From NCBI GenBank assembly GCA_009914755.4, contig CP086569.2:576001-640000 (forward strand): a stretch of DNA of 64,000 nt. The letters run 5' to 3'. Numbering within the stretch: position 1 is the stretch's first letter; the number at the start of each line of letters is the position of its first letter. Source of the stretch: the human T2T-CHM13v2.0 reference genome, Homo sapiens. Under the pieces are notes generated by a model, which made no database searches, was not told the origin of the DNA, and worked only from the letters and a program-made list of their open reading frames with translations. Shown in pieces: positions 47,030 through 63,650 of the stretch. The position numbers were made by a program, and so were the translations under genes.

Positions 47030-48300
47030 TTCCTGGTGTGTGTGCCATCTCATGCGTGCATAAGAACATACATGAATGCACACACACACGTACACACAGT
47101 GTGGTTACACATGCGTGCCTGGGAGGTGGCATATTCAGGTTTTGTCTTTGCTAGATTGTTACTCCAGCCATGCACAAGCTTTCACATGTGTGCAGTCATG
47201 CAAACATGCACACACATGCACACACACACATGCACACACAGTGTGGATACACATGCATGCCTGGGAGAAGGCATACGCAGATTTCTTCTTTGCTAGCTTC
47301 TTGCTGTGGCCATGCACAAACTCTCACATGTGTGCACTCATACAAACATGCACATACATGCATGCACACACAGTGTGCATACACATGCATGCCTGGGAGG
47401 AGGCATATGCAGATTTATTCTTTGCTAGCTTCTTGCAGTGGCCATGCACAAACTCTCACGTGTGTGTGCACTCATGCACACATGCACACTCACACACATA
47501 TGCACACATGTGCATGCAAAGTGTGATTACACATGCAGTCTTAGGAAGAGGCATATACAGATTTCTTGTCTGCTAGATTCTTGCTCCAGGCATGCACAAG
47601 CTCTCACAAGTGTGCAGTCATGCAAACATACACACACACACATGCACACACAGTGTGCATACACATGCATGCCTGAGAGGAGGCATATGCAGATTTTTCT
47701 TTGCTAGATTCTTGCTGTGGCCATGCACAAGCTCTCACGTGTGTGTGCACTCATGCACACATGCGCACACACACACATCCACACACGTGCATGCACGCAC
47801 AGTGTGGTTACATATGTGTGCCTGGGAGGTGGCATATGCAGATTTTGTCTTTGCTAGATTGTTACTCCAGCCATGCACAAGCTTTCACATGTGTGCAGTC
47901 ATGCAAACATGCATATACATGCATGCACACACATGCACACACAGTGTGGATACACATGCGTGCCTGGGAGAAGGCATATGCAGATTTATTCTTTGCTAGC
48001 TTCTTGCTGTGGCCATGCAGAAGCACTCATGTCTATGTGCACACATGTACACGCACACACATCCACACATGTGCACGCACACACAGTGTGGTTAAACTTT
48101 TATGCCTGGGAGTTGGCACAGGCTAATTTTCTCTTTGCTAGATTCTTGCTCTGGCCACGCACAAGCTCTCACGTGTCTGTGCAGTCATGCAAACACACAC
48201 ACACGCAGTGCACAAGCTCTCACATGTGTGTGCAGCCATGCAAACACACACACACACATGCAGTGTCTATATGCACGACTGGCTGGGAAGAAATCCAGGT
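47030..48300. repeat. CA/TG-rich tandem repeat of about 141 bp, about 9 copies, with a 5-unit higher-order repeat of about 705 bp
   Basis: The ccatgcacaag anchors sit at 47166, 47308, 47440, 47585, 47718, 47868, 48016 and 48155. The block at 47098-47210 is repeated almost exactly at 47805-47917. Confidence 0.9.
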
Positions 48301-48477
48301 GAAATGCCTCTTTGCTTTGTGGTTCCCCTAAGCTCCATCTTGACCAGACACCTGACCTCAGTCAAATCCAGGAAAACAGTAAATCGGGTCAATTCTCAAG
48401 GGGGATCTTGTTTTTATCCAACTGACAACTACCAGATATGTATTTACTTGTTTGCAAGCGTGTTTTAATTTATTTAT

Positions 48478-48735
48478 TTATTTATTTTTGAGACACAGTT
48501 TCATTCTATCTCTGCAGTGCCATGGCATGATCTCAGCTCACTGCAGTCTCTGCCTCCCAGGTTCAAGCAATTCTCCTGCCTCAGCCTCTGGAGTAGCTGA
48601 GATGACAAGCATGCACCACCACGCCCAGCTAATTTTTGTATTTTTGGTAGAGACTGGGCTGGTCTTGATCTCCTGACCTCAGGTGATCCACCTGCCTCGG
48701 CCTCCCAAAGTGCTGGGATTACAGGCATGAGCCAC
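48478..48735 (-). mobile_element. Alu SINE, partial, with a (TTTA)n reversed tail
   Basis: atttatttatttatttttgagacacagtttcattctatctctgcagtgccatggcatgatctcagctcactgcagtctctgcctcccaggttcaagcaattctcc... Confidence 0.85.
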
Positions 48736-48744
48736 TGTGCCCGA

Positions 48745-49205
48745 TCTATTTTGAAATTTTTATAGATTTTAGGGGTTTAAGTGCAATTTTGTTGCATGTG
48801 TAGATTGCAGAATGGTGAACTCAGAGATTTTAGTGTATCCATCACCCAAATAGTGTATATTGTACCCATTAAATAACTTCTCATCCGTCTGCTTCAGCCT
48901 CCCGAGTAGCAGGGATTACAAGTGTGTGCCAGCAAGCCCGTCTACTTTTTGTATTTTTTTTTTAAGAAGAAACAGGGTTTCACCATGTTGGCCAGGCTGG
49001 TCTCGGTCTCGAACGCCTGACCTCAGGTGATCTGCCCGCCTCGGCCTCCCAAAGTGCTGGGACGACAGGCATGAGCCCGCGTGCCCTGCTGCAGGTGTCT
49101 TTTTGATAGAATGACTTCTTTTCCTTTGGATAGATAACCAGGAGTGGAATTGTTCCATGGAAGGGTCGTTCTGTTTTCGGTTCTTTGAGAAATTTCCAGG
49201 TGTGT
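48745..49205 (-). mobile_element. LINE-1 3' end, comprising the ORF2 terminus and 3' UTR, split by a minus-strand Alu at about 48890-49085
   Basis: The reverse complement of 48745-48890 reads ...tacactatttgggtgatggatacactaaaatctctgagttcaccattctgcaatctacacatgcaacaaaattgcacttaaacccctaaaatctataaaaatttcaaaa, an L1 3' UTR. The minus-strand translation of 49085-49200 reads ...[37 protein letters not shown], an L1 ORF2 end related to ...[18 protein letters not shown]... Confidence 0.8.
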
Positions 49206-49684
49206 AAAACCAAAACCTCTGCCATTGCTTCCAGCCTGAGGTTTGGAATGTTTGGGGTGGGCAGCGGGAGAAAAATGGTGGAGAGGCCTCACATTGGCCC
49301 CAGCCAGCCTGAGGATATCCTACTGCACCTGCCAGGGGCCCTGTGGGACCTCCCTGCTGCTAACAAGCATGCCTCATTTACCATGCAAATGTTCCTTGGG
49401 GAGTCAGGCCTATCCATCACTCACCCTTCTTCCAGGACCTACCCCTCCCTTCCCTCCCCTCCCCCCACAATGGTCTCCAGTCACAGGAGGTCTTAACACA
49501 CATCAGCTGTGCTGGGCTGGCAGTGCGGATGTCAGTTTGGTGGGGCCCAAAGTGAAGTGTATCTTAAGGGTTTTCTTTAAGGAAAACAACAACAACAAGA
49601 AAACGTGAAATCTCTCACAAGATCCATTCTGGTACATTGGACATTGCTGCTCTGTGGGGTCCTGAACTGGTTCATGGAGGAGGG

Positions 49685-49910
49685 AGGAAAGAAGGAAGGA
49701 AGGAAGGAAGGAAGGAAGGAAGGAAGGAAGGAAGAAAGGAGAGAGGGAAAAGATAAAAGGGAGGGAGGGAGGAAGAGAGGAAGAAAGGGAGGAAAAGAAG
49801 GAAGGAGGACAGGAGGAGGGACAAGTAAGAAAGGAAAGAAAGGAGGAAAAGAAGAAAGAAGAAAGGAGGGAGAGAAGGACAGAAAGAGGGCGAGAGAGAA
49901 AGAAAGAAAA
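49685..49910. repeat. (GGAA)n / (GAAG)n polypurine microsatellite
   Basis: aggaaggaaggaaggaagg...gaaagaaagg... Confidence 0.95.
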
Positions 49911-49949
49911 AAACACTATCTATCCTATGAATGTATGATGTATTAATCA

Positions 49950-50228
49950 TCTCCCTGTCATCTACTTGTCATACATCTACCTATCTCATTTATCTATCAT
50001 CAATCATCTACATATCTGTCTTATCTATCTATTCATCTTATCTATGTATCTATTACCATCATGTATCTATATATCTATCTACCTAAGTATGTATCTGTTA
50101 CCATCATCTATTTATCTATCTATCTATCTACCTATCTATGTATCTATTACCATCATCTATCTATCTATCTATCTATCTTCTATCTACCTTCTATCTACCT
50201 ATGTATGTATCTATTACCATCATCTATC

Positions 50229-50262
<34 letters not shown>

Positions 50263-50358
50263 TACCATCATCTATCTATCTATCTATCTATCTTCTATCT
50301 ATCTTCTATCTACCTTCTATCTACCTATGTATGTATCTATTACCATCATCTATCTATC

Positions 50359-50404
<46 letters not shown>

Positions 50405-50497
50405 TACCATCATCTATCTATTTGTCTATCTATCTATCTACCTACCTATCATCTTCTATCTACCTAAGTATGTATCTATTACCATCATCTGTCTATC

Positions 50498-50540
<43 letters not shown>

Positions 50541-50604
50541 ATCTATCTACCTAAGTATCTATTACCATCACCTATCTTCTATCTATCTATGTATCTCTCT
50601 ATCT

Positions 50605-50641
<37 letters not shown>

Positions 50642-50720
50642 AAGTATCACCATCATCTATGTATCTCTCATCTATTTTATCTATACATCTATCTATCATC
50701 TATCATCCATCTATATGTCT
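49950..50720. repeat. Compound (TATC)n array with recurring taccatcatc and tacctaagtatgtatctattaccatcatc inserts
   Basis: ctatctatctatctatc... It is the reverse-complement orientation of the array at 58250-60870. Confidence 0.95.
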
Positions 50721-51555
50721 CTTTTGTATTATGGCACAATACACATAACATAAGATTTACCTTTTAACAACTTTAAAATGCAAAGTTCAGTGCCACGAAG
50801 TCCATTCCCAATGTTGGGCCACCATCACCACTGTCTCATTTCAAAACATTGTCATCAGATTGCACTGAATGGAGACACCAAGTGATGCCTGCTTAGTCAG
50901 AGAGCAGACGTTTGCTCAGCAAGGGGCTGCGACCAGGAGAATGGCGGACAGAGCATGGCCGAGAAGGCTGTCTTCAGCCTCCAGCCCCAGCCCGTCTCTG
51001 CCATCTGCATCCCTGAACTATTGGAAGAGGGGTTGACTGATGGTTGGCTGCCTGTCATCTCTCCTCTTTGATCACAGCCCTGCTTCTTGTTCAATCTCCC
51101 CCTCTCCCCCACCCCCTGCCAACCATCCAGCCACTGCTCTCTCTCTCTCTCTCTCTCTGATCCCCACGGTGGATGGAAGACCCCACCCCGCATTTCCAAA
51201 CACACAGAATATAGTCTCACTCTTCAAAGCAACGACGAATCTCTATGACTATTTCAAAATCATCAGGAGAGGGAATCTGGGTGAGGTTGACTCAGGGATC
51301 TGGGATCACAGGGCGGGGGTCAGACGAAGCCGGCTTCTGTAGGTGAGGAGGGACGGAGAGCTGACAGAGGCCCTGGGGGCCACACAGCGTGAAGTTTCCA
51401 TTGCAGGAGTGATGACCGCACCAAGAACCTTTCACAGCACGGGTCAACCCAAGGCCATCTCAGAGACGCTTGAATATGCAGCGAGGTTGAGAGCTGTTTC
51501 AGGGCAATGTTCAGATGCAAATCTTCTGCTTCGTTCATAAAATAGAATGAACTAA

Positions 51556-51857
<302 letters not shown>

Positions 51858-52115
51858 TGGCTTTGCTATTCCTATCTGTGCCTGAATAAGCCGCCTCTTT
51901 GAGGTCTTCAATGAATGGTTGTTGAATGAAGGAGTGAGTACGTGGCTTGTTCGGCACATTTCAGCCAAGGATGTTCCACGAAGTGTCAACCATTCTTTCA
52001 ACAATCCATTCATGATCGAGTGAATAAGATGAAATGACATCATGGAATCAATAAGATGAAAAAGCTCAAGAGGAAATAATGAAAGCACAATCATTGTCAG
52101 GAAAACAAGGGCATT

Positions 52116-52330
52116 GGCCGGGCGCGGTGGCTCACGCCTGTCATCCCAGCACTTTGGGAGGCCGAGGCGGGTGGATCACCTGACCTCAGGAGTTTGAGAC
52201 CAGCCTGACCAACATGATGAAACCCCATCTCTACTAAAAATACAGAAATTGGCCGGGCATGGCAAGATCATGCCCCTGCACTCCAGCCTGGGTGGCAGAG
52301 TGAGACTCCATCTGAAAAAAAAAAAAAGGA
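52116..52330 (+). mobile_element. Alu SINE with an internal deletion. Its A-tail runs into the (GAAA)n tract.
   Basis: ggccgggcgcggtggctcacgcctgtcatcccagcactttgggaggccgaggcgggtggatcacctgacctcaggagtttgagaccagcctgaccaacatgatgaaaccccatctctactaaaaatacagaaattggccgggcatggcaagatcatgcccctgcactccagcctgggtggcagagtgagactccatctgaaaaaaaaaaaaa. Confidence 0.85.
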
Positions 52331-52421
52331 AAGAAAGAAAGAGGAAAGAAAAAGAAAGAAAGAAGTAAGAAAGAGAAAAAAGAAAGAGAAAGAAAGAAAG
52401 AGGAAAGAAGAAAGAAAGAAA

Positions 52422-52466
<45 letters not shown>

Positions 52467-52810
52467 AGAAAGAAAGAAAGAAGGAAAGAAAGAAAGAGAA
52501 GAAAGAAAGAAAAAAGAAAGAGAGAGGGAGGGAGGGAGGAAAGAAGGAAGGAAAGAAAGAAAAAGAAAGAAAGAAACAAAGAAAGAAGGAAAGAAGGAAA
52601 GGAGAGAGGGAAGTGGAAGGGAGGCAAGGGGGAGGGAGGGAGTGAAGGAGGGAGGGAAGGAAAGAAGGAAGGAAGGAAGGACAAAAGAAAGAGAGAGAGA
52701 AAGAAAAGAAGAAAGAAAGAAGAAAAGAAAGAAGAAAGAAAGGAAAGAAGAAAGAAAAGAAAGAGAAAAAGAAAGAAAGAAGGAAGGGAGAGAGGAAGGA
52801 AGGAAGGAAG
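52330..52810. repeat. (GAAA)n / (GGAA)n / (GGGA)n polypurine tract of about 480 bp
   Basis: aggaaagaaagaaagagg...gggagggagggagg... Confidence 0.95.
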
Positions 52811-54136
52811 AAAGGCCATTAAGATTCCCTAAGCTATGGAGAACATTGATCTATTATGGGTTTCTCATGCTGGTGACGGGGAGAAAGTGGCAGATGATTG
52901 GTGGACGGATGGATACCTGATTTCTCAGAGTCTTGTTATCTTCTGAGTGCCAGGCTATCATTTTATAGAGGAAGCTAATAGAAACGGTCTGGCAATGGGC
53001 CTGGGGTCATCCGCTGGTGAGTAGCCGAGCCTGGTTCTGACGATGCACGTACCTGGCCCACAGGTGGAGGCTGTTAGGGGATGTCATAGGTAAGCAACAG
53101 GCCTTGAGCAGTGCTACCTGGCACTCCACAGCGTGCTAACCACCCCAAATTTTGCAGAAATCCTATAACATAGAAACGTTAAGAAACCTCAGAGGCAACA
53201 GGACTTTCATCCAGAAAGGGCAGGTGCATGGTGAGTCCCCCTGTCTCATCAGCTGGGTAAGAACTGGGTGATATTTCTATTTCTACACACAGGCTGACTT
53301 AGAGGCTTGAAGGTCCATAGCTAAGATCAGGGTGGGTATGGCAGGTGCATGTTCTCCATGTGATTCCATCTCCTGACTGTGCTTTTTGGTACCTGGAAAG
53401 ATCGTCTGTCTCTGAAACGACGGTGTGTGTGCTGCGTTGAAGGTGAACACAGCCCACGGTCATCTCTGCTCTTTTGGAAAAGTCACCACACATGTCCACA
53501 GATCCTTCCCGGCCAACTCTTTGGCAACTCCAGCAGCTGGGAGTCCATTTTCCTAATTTCTGCTTCTCACCGTAGTTCATAAATCAGAATGCAGATGAGA
53601 GACTCATGGTTAATTTTCCGCAGCGAGCCCAGAACGTCGGAGCCCATAAACTGCAGGAAGTCTCGGGCTGTGAATTTCTTGATGCTGACAAGTCAAACAG
53701 CTTAGAAATCATAATTATAAGTTACAAGTGGCTTAGGGGTTGTTCTCCGGACATAAAACTAATTTCATGTTTTTATTCATACTGTGTGAGAGAAAAGAGG
53801 GGAACGGGCTGGCGTTGGAGGGTGCTCCTGCAGATATCACAAGCTCCCTCTCTCAGCCTTAATGAGATCAGACGGCTTGCTTCCTTCTTTGTTACTGTCT
53901 GACTTGCCTTGAGGGGCTTTTGACGACTGTGTGGATGCTGCCCCTGCTTTTTTTCTGAGAGCGTACCTGTGAGGACGTGGCCAACCCAGGGGGTCTTCAC
54001 CAATAGGACACCGCATTTGCCCCCAGCACTGTGGCCTCAACATATATCTCTGTAAGAGTCCCCTGGGCCTACCATAAAAAAAGGACCCCAAACTGGGGGA
54101 CTTGAAGCAGCAGAAATAAGATTCTCTGCTTGTTGA

Positions 54137-54518
<382 letters not shown>

Positions 54519-54935
54519 CACCTGGCCTCATGCCTTTCTCTTATGTTCTGGTGATCCCAGCCATCTTTGGTTTGCAGACGCGTCTTTCCAATCTCTGCCG
54601 TCACCTTCATGGTCTTGATAGCTGTGTGTGTTTTTACGAACTCTCTCGTCTTGTTTATGAGAAGTCTAGTCATTAAATTGAAGGTTCACCCTAACCCAGT
54701 ATGACCTCCTAGTCATTTACATCTTAACCCACTTATTCCCAAGGTTGCAAGTTTTTTGAATTTTTGCAATCAGAGCTTGGTGATGACCTTCAGCCATAGG
54801 ATATCAATAACTTCCACAAGCCTAGTGTTCCATTATTGGAACACTAGGCATAAATGAGTGTTTACATCTGCAAAGATCCTATTCCCAAGTAAAGTCCCCT
54901 TCACAGATACCGCGGTTAGAAATTGAGCATATTGG

Positions 54936-55261
<326 letters not shown>

Positions 55262-57365
55262 TCAAGCCGTTTTCCAATCTCTAGGAAAAAAACAACAGCA
55301 CACACAGATATACATTTATCCCTTTTGGAAGAAGTAGCGTCTGCAGCTCTTTGAAAGACCAGAGAATTTTTACATTGTGAAGCTATTTAGGTACCTACTA
55401 CGTGCGGTGCTCTGCCATATGAAACATCAAACAGAAAATGACAAAGCAACCAAGAAAAGGCTTAACTTTCGGCTGAGAGGACGGACGGTTGCCGTCACTG
55501 ATTCGGCTTTTGTGTCTATAGCTGAACAGCCGAGGTGGTGTCACCACACTCTAGAGAGAAACCTGTCTAACCAGCAAGAGAAAGCAACTAGCTTGGTGTG
55601 CTGCAGAGACTTTAAGACTGGGGAGAAAGTTCAAGCAACATTCTGTAGCTTGCAAAACCAATCCAAGAAAATGAAATGAAAAACAAAAAACAAAAACAAA
55701 CAAAAAAAGGTAACCTATTGTCTTCTTGGATCTCCAGCCCTATAGTGGGAATGTGTTTCTCCAAAAATCATCTGTTTATCCGAAAAGGAAAAAAAAATAA
55801 AACGATAAAACAACAGCAAACCTCAATACAGAATCTCGTTCTTCTAAGACACAGACTTCACTGTGCTGATATCGCTTTTAAAGGAGGAAATTCAGAATAT
55901 ATCCACGTCTGCCTTTCCTTTAAAGACTGTTCATTGCAGAGGAACGTGGCCCTGCCAGTTTGACCTGCCTAGCAGGACTCCAATCAGAAAAGATAAGAGC
56001 ATGTTTAATTGATTAGTCAGAGTCTGTCCAGCGCTTTGAAGGTGAGGACTGAGATATTATTGTAATGATGAAGAGGGAGCTGTGATCTTTGGAGAATTTC
56101 TTCTCTCATGTAAGCCTCTTTCTCAATTTGATCTATGCTGCTCAAGTCTACTGCTGGGGTGTACAAATTACTGATCCCGATCAGTAGGAAGCACCTTACA
56201 TATTCAGGCGTGGGTTGCTGAACCTCGAGGCATGAAACCAAAGACGGGCTACTGAGAGACGGGAGCTGTCTCCAGCTATCCTTCTGGGAAGACAGTCTCA
56301 AGATGGCACCCGCCATGCTGGAGGTTGCCCAGGCATCATTCTTTTCTCTGAGATGTGTTGGCTGATTTCTCTTCACGGAACACATGCCACCTCCCCAGGG
56401 CAGCTCTTGAGGGAAATTCTTCCTGACACCTGTTGGAGCTTGAGCTATCTCCATGGTTTCTCTGAACCTTGACTGTTGCCATCAAACAGGTGTTAAATTA
56501 TGGCATATTGTCATTGCTTTATCCTCAGATTCCGCAACAGATCATAGGTCCTCTAAGGGGGATGACTATATGCTGTTTAATGCATAGATTTGTTTTTTCA
56601 GAGCAGTTTTGGTTTCAGAGAAAGGGAGGGCAGAAAATAAAGAATTCCCCTATATCCCCTTCATTTTTCTCCCAGCAGTTTCTGCTATTATTAACATCTT
56701 GAATTCAGGGAGGACATGCGTTGCAATTGATAAACCCATATTGATTATTATTCACTAAAGGTGATAGTTGACACTGAGGTCACTCTTGGCATTGTACGTA
56801 GTTTACACTGAGGTCAGTCTTGGCGTTCTACATCCTATGGGTTTGGACATACACAGAAGCTTCACGGCCCTAAAAATCATCTGAGAGCCACTTATTTACC
56901 TACACCAACTGTATAGTTTTCTTCTCTGCATCACCAGTAGCACTGTGCCATAATCAATCATGAATCAATCAATCAGTCCTTGATCAATCAGCTTAACATG
57001 CTGCTCAGTGTCTGGGGCTCCTCCAGAGCCAGGGTCACCTTAGTCCTGCTCTGTGGCTGCAGGCTGACTTATAGGGTAAGGGTGTGTGGGACTCCTGTGT
57101 CCCTGGATTTGGTCTATAGGAAGCCCCAGGAAGATGGCAGGAACAGAGATGCCACCTTCAGTCTGACAGTTGGCTTCTCAGGATGACTCCCTACAGGGAT
57201 GGCAGGAGCTGGCCTCACCCGGCTCTTGAAGGCCATAGTCCTGACAGGTGGCCACATCTCCACCCCTAGACTGCTCTCTCTCCAGCTACTGGAAACCCAC
57301 TCCTCACAGCATAGTCACAAGTCTCCCCCACACTCTGCTCCCACGGATAAGATACTCTAGCCACT

Positions 57366-57729
<364 letters not shown>

Positions 57730-58249
57730 TCATCCCTGAGTAGTGGTTTCAGTTCCCTGCCAACCTATGGAATTGTCCAGAAAAGCCCATCACCTTCTTC
57801 TGCAGGAACCAGGAGCCACCTCACCCACTTGTTCCTACAAAGCCTGCCTTTCATGGCTTCTGATGGTTCATTGTACTAGAATGCAACTTCACATGCATGC
57901 TGTAAAGGGTCCTCTTCCCCCATCTGTGCATAGACGTGAGCAATCAATGTGGTTGTAGCTGTCATGCCTCCAGTGCTACATGCCATGGTCAGCCATCCCT
58001 AGCATCCTAGCACAAGAAACCCTTTCTTACCAAAGCAATGGATAGGAGGCTGTCCATCCATTGCTTCCCAAAACCACCTGCTCCTTGTAGTAAATTGTGA
58101 GGATAAACAGGGCAGTGTTCCATTTTGGACTGCCTCTATATATTTAAATTATCTTTGACTTGGGACCCACAAGATTATGGAAGAAGAACATGGGAAGCTT
58201 CCAGGAAACCTGGATGTATTAGTCAGGGTTCTCTAGAGAGACAGAACTG

Positions 58250-58265
58250 ATAAGACGGATGGATG

Positions 58266-58312
<47 letters not shown>

Positions 58313-58453
58313 GGATAGATAGATAGATAGATAGGTAATGGTAGTAGATACATACTTAGGTAGATAGAGGATGATAGATAGATAGATAGATAGACAGAGA
58401 GATGATGGTAATAGATACACACTTAGGTATATAGAAGATAGATAGATAGATAA

Positions 58454-58507
<54 letters not shown>

Positions 58508-58597
58508 GATAGACAGATGATGGTAATAGATACTTAGGTAGATAGAGGATGATAGATAGATAGATGATGGTAATAGATACATAGGTAGATAGAAGAC

Positions 58598-58644
<47 letters not shown>

Positions 58645-58761
58645 TCATAGATACATAGATACATAGATAGATGATGGTAATAATACATACTTAGGTAGAT
58701 AGAAGATAGATAGATGATAGATAGATGATGGTAATAGATACATACTTAGGTAGATAGAGGG

Positions 58762-58802
<41 letters not shown>

Positions 58803-59324
58803 CATAGATAGATAGATAGATAGATGATGGTAATAGACACATACTTAGGTAGATAGAATATCATAGATAGATAGATAATGGTAGTAGATACATACTTAGG
58901 TAGATAGAATATCATAGATAGATAGATAGATAATGGTAGTAGATACATACTTAGGTAGATAGAGGATGAGAGATAGATAGATAGATAGATAGATAGACAG
59001 ATAACGGTAATAGATACATACTTAGGTAGATAGAGGATGAGAGATGGATAGATAGACAGATAATCGTAATAGGTACATACTTAGGTAGATAGAGGATGAG
59101 AGATAGATAGACAGATAGATAGACCGATAGATAATGGTAATAGATACATACTTAGGTAGATAGAGGATGAGAGATAGATAGATAGATAGATAGATAGACC
59201 GATAGATAATGGTAATAGATACATACTTAGGTAGATAGAAGATGATAGATAGATAGACAGACAGACAGATAATGGTAATAGATACATACTTAGGTAGATA
59301 GAGGATGAGAGATAGATAGATAGG

Positions 59325-59361
<37 letters not shown>

Positions 59362-59396
59362 GATGGTAATAGATACATAGGTAGATAGAGGATGAG

Positions 59397-59438
<42 letters not shown>

Positions 59439-59629
59439 TTAGATAGATAGATGATGGTAATAGATACATACTTAGGTAGATAGAATATCATAGATAGATA
59501 GATAGATAATGGTAGTAGATACATACTTAGGTAGATAGAGGATGAGAGATAGATAGATAGATAGATAGATAGACAGATAATGGTAATAGATACATACTTA
59601 GGTAGATAGAGGATGAGAGATAGATAGAT

Positions 59630-59675
<46 letters not shown>

Positions 59676-59786
59676 CCGACAGATAATGGTAATAGATACA
59701 TACTTAGGTAGATAGAAGATGATAGATAGATAGACAGACAGACAGATAATGGTAATAGATACATACTTAGGTAGATAGAGGATGAG

Positions 59787-59822
<36 letters not shown>

Positions 59823-59971
59823 GATGGTAATAGATACATACTTAGGTAGATAGAATATCATAGATAGATAGATAATGGTAGTAGATACATACTTAGGTAG
59901 ATAGAATATCATAGATAGATAGATAGATAGATAATGGTAGTAGATACATACTTAGGTAGATAGAGGATGAG

Positions 59972-60010
<39 letters not shown>

Positions 60011-60200
60011 CAGATAATGGTAATAGATACATACTTAGGTAGATAGAGGATGAGAGATAGATAGATAGATAGATAGACCGATAGATAATGGTAATAGATA
60101 CATACTTAGGTAGATAGAAGATGATAGATAGATAGACAGACAGACAGATAATGGTAATAGATACATACTTAGGTAGATAGAGGATGAGAGATAGATAGAT

Positions 60201-60247
<47 letters not shown>

Positions 60248-60286
60248 GATGGTAATAGATACATACTTAGGTAGACAGAGGATGAG

Positions 60287-60329
<43 letters not shown>

Positions 60330-60452
60330 CCGATAGATAATGGTAATAGATACATACTTAGGTATATAGAAGATGATAGATAGACAGACAGACAGACAGA
60401 TAATGGTAATAGATAGATACTTAGGTAGATAGAGGATGAGAGATAGATAGAT

Positions 60453-60494
<42 letters not shown>

Positions 60495-60755
60495 CAGATA
60501 ATGGTAATAGATACATACTTAGGTAGATAGAGGATGAGAGATGGATAGATAGACAGATAATGGTAATAGATACATACTTAGGTAGATAGAGGATGAGAGA
60601 TAGATAGATAGATAGATAGACCGATAGATAATGGTAATAGATACATACTTAGGTAGATAGAAGATGATAGATAGACAGACAGACAGACAGATAATGGTAA
60701 TAGATACATACTTAGGTAGATAGAGGATGAGAGATAGATAGATAGATAGATAGAT

Positions 60756-60805
<50 letters not shown>

Positions 60806-60870
60806 GATGGTAATAGATACATACTTAGGTAGATAGAAGATAGACAGATACTGGATAGATAGACGATGTA
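58250..60870. repeat. Compound (GATA)n array of about 2.6 kb with the recurring insert gatRatggtaatagatacatacttaggtagatagaggatgagagatag and a higher-order periodicity of about 0.4-0.5 kb
   Basis: gatagatagatagatag...gataatggtaatagatacatacttaggtagatagaggatgag... Units carrying gatagaccgatagataatgg recur at about 59175, 59690, 60085 and 60620. This produces the YLSIYLSIY ORFs. Confidence 0.95.
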
Positions 60871-61748
60871 AAATCACTAGCAGCACTTTTGGGAAAAGGT
60901 GTTGTATAAACTGGATCAAAGACTAACTCTGAGCTACACACATATGAAATCTCACCCAGAGGAGACCCCACTGCTCACAAAGACCTCAGTCAGGAGCGGG
61001 CGAGCTGTATTTTTATGCTAAAATTTACACAAAGGGACGGCCCCAGGCTCTCCCTCCTTTGCAAGCTGTGGTCAGTCACGCCGTCTGGCCGAGGAATCCG
61101 GCTTTCACAGGGGGAAGCAAATAATAGGACGGGGAAACCGCAGGGTCCTTGGGCACTCAGAGCTGTCACTCATCACAAATCCATAAAACAATTCGTGTGG
61201 AAGTAATGATATTGTTTAACCACTGTATTTTTGATTAATGTATAAATAATTTAACTGAGTATTTCTTGAGTTTTCAGCGTGTCTGCCATTATTTACCGGC
61301 CCTGTCATGACGGCTGCTGGTGCTCTGCCATATAAAACATCCTCAAGTCCGTCCGAGGAGGCTGGTGGGTTGTTAATGGTCTTAGGGGGAAACGGCATTG
61401 CAGCTATTAACAAGCCGATTAGCATAATCCATTGTGATATATCATCATCCAGAAGTTCATCTGTGCAACTCGATGGGACTGGGGAATGGCTTTGAAGATC
61501 TTATGATACAATAACTATCTATTTGATAAGCAATTAAAAAGATATTTTGAGACACGAGGAGTGAAGATAATGGAACGGAGAGGAGGAGGGAGGCATGAGG
61601 GTGCCACGCTTCAGGGGAACGCGTTTGCTGATGACGGATGGAGCTTGATTCAGCCTGAGCTGTGGATGTCAGTGGCATGTTTGGCTCCGGGAGCAGCGTG
61701 GGGTGGTGACCTAGAAGCTATGGTATTCACGCAGGACTCTCCGCATGA

Positions 61749-62941
<1,193 letters not shown>

Positions 62942-63194
62942 TCATCCCCACTGTCTAAAGCCAAAGTTTTTCTTTTTCACCTAAACAGGAACTCTCTATG
63001 TATTAAACTACTATTCCTCATACTCCCCGTCCCCCAGCCCCTGGAAATGTCTAATTTTACTTCCTGTCTCTCTGGATCTGCCTATTCAAGTTTGTTTCTA
63101 CTAATGGAACCCTACGTTATGTGGTTTTTTGTGTGGCTGGCTTATTTCACGGAGAGTCTTTTTCTTTTTCTTTATTTTTTTTTTTATTTGTTTA

Positions 63195-63482
<288 letters not shown>

Positions 63483-63483
<1 letters not shown>

Positions 63484-63646
63484 AAGCCTTCTTTTTCATG
63501 GCTAAATAATATTTCATAGTACAAATGGAATACAATCTATTTGTTGATTCTTCTGTTGATGGATATTTGGGTTTTTTTTTTAAGCTATTGTGAATAATGC
63601 TGTTAGGAACTTTGTGGACAAGTACCTGTTTGAGTCATTTTCCAAT

Positions 63647-63650
<4 letters not shown>
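63483..63650 (+). mobile_element. Old LINE-1 ORF2 fragment
   Basis: ...ttcatggctaaataatatttcatagtacaaatggaatacaatctatttgttgattcttctgttgatggatatttgggtt...gctattgtgaataatgctgttaggaac... matches L1 ...tttatggctgcatagtattccattgtgtatatgtaccacattttctttatccactcatctgttgatggacatttgggttg...gctattgtgaatagtgctgcaatgaac. Confidence 0.7.

Noticed and set aside
47030-48300. A 141-bp periodic array that could be centromeric alpha-satellite, which is 171 bp, or another known satellite family
   Set aside because: The period is about 141 bp, and 171 bp would be needed. The sequence has no alpha-satellite or CENP-B-box-like motifs. The composition is CA/TG-rich with embedded (CA)n. The array is only about 1.3 kb. 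It is more consistent with a local minisatellite.
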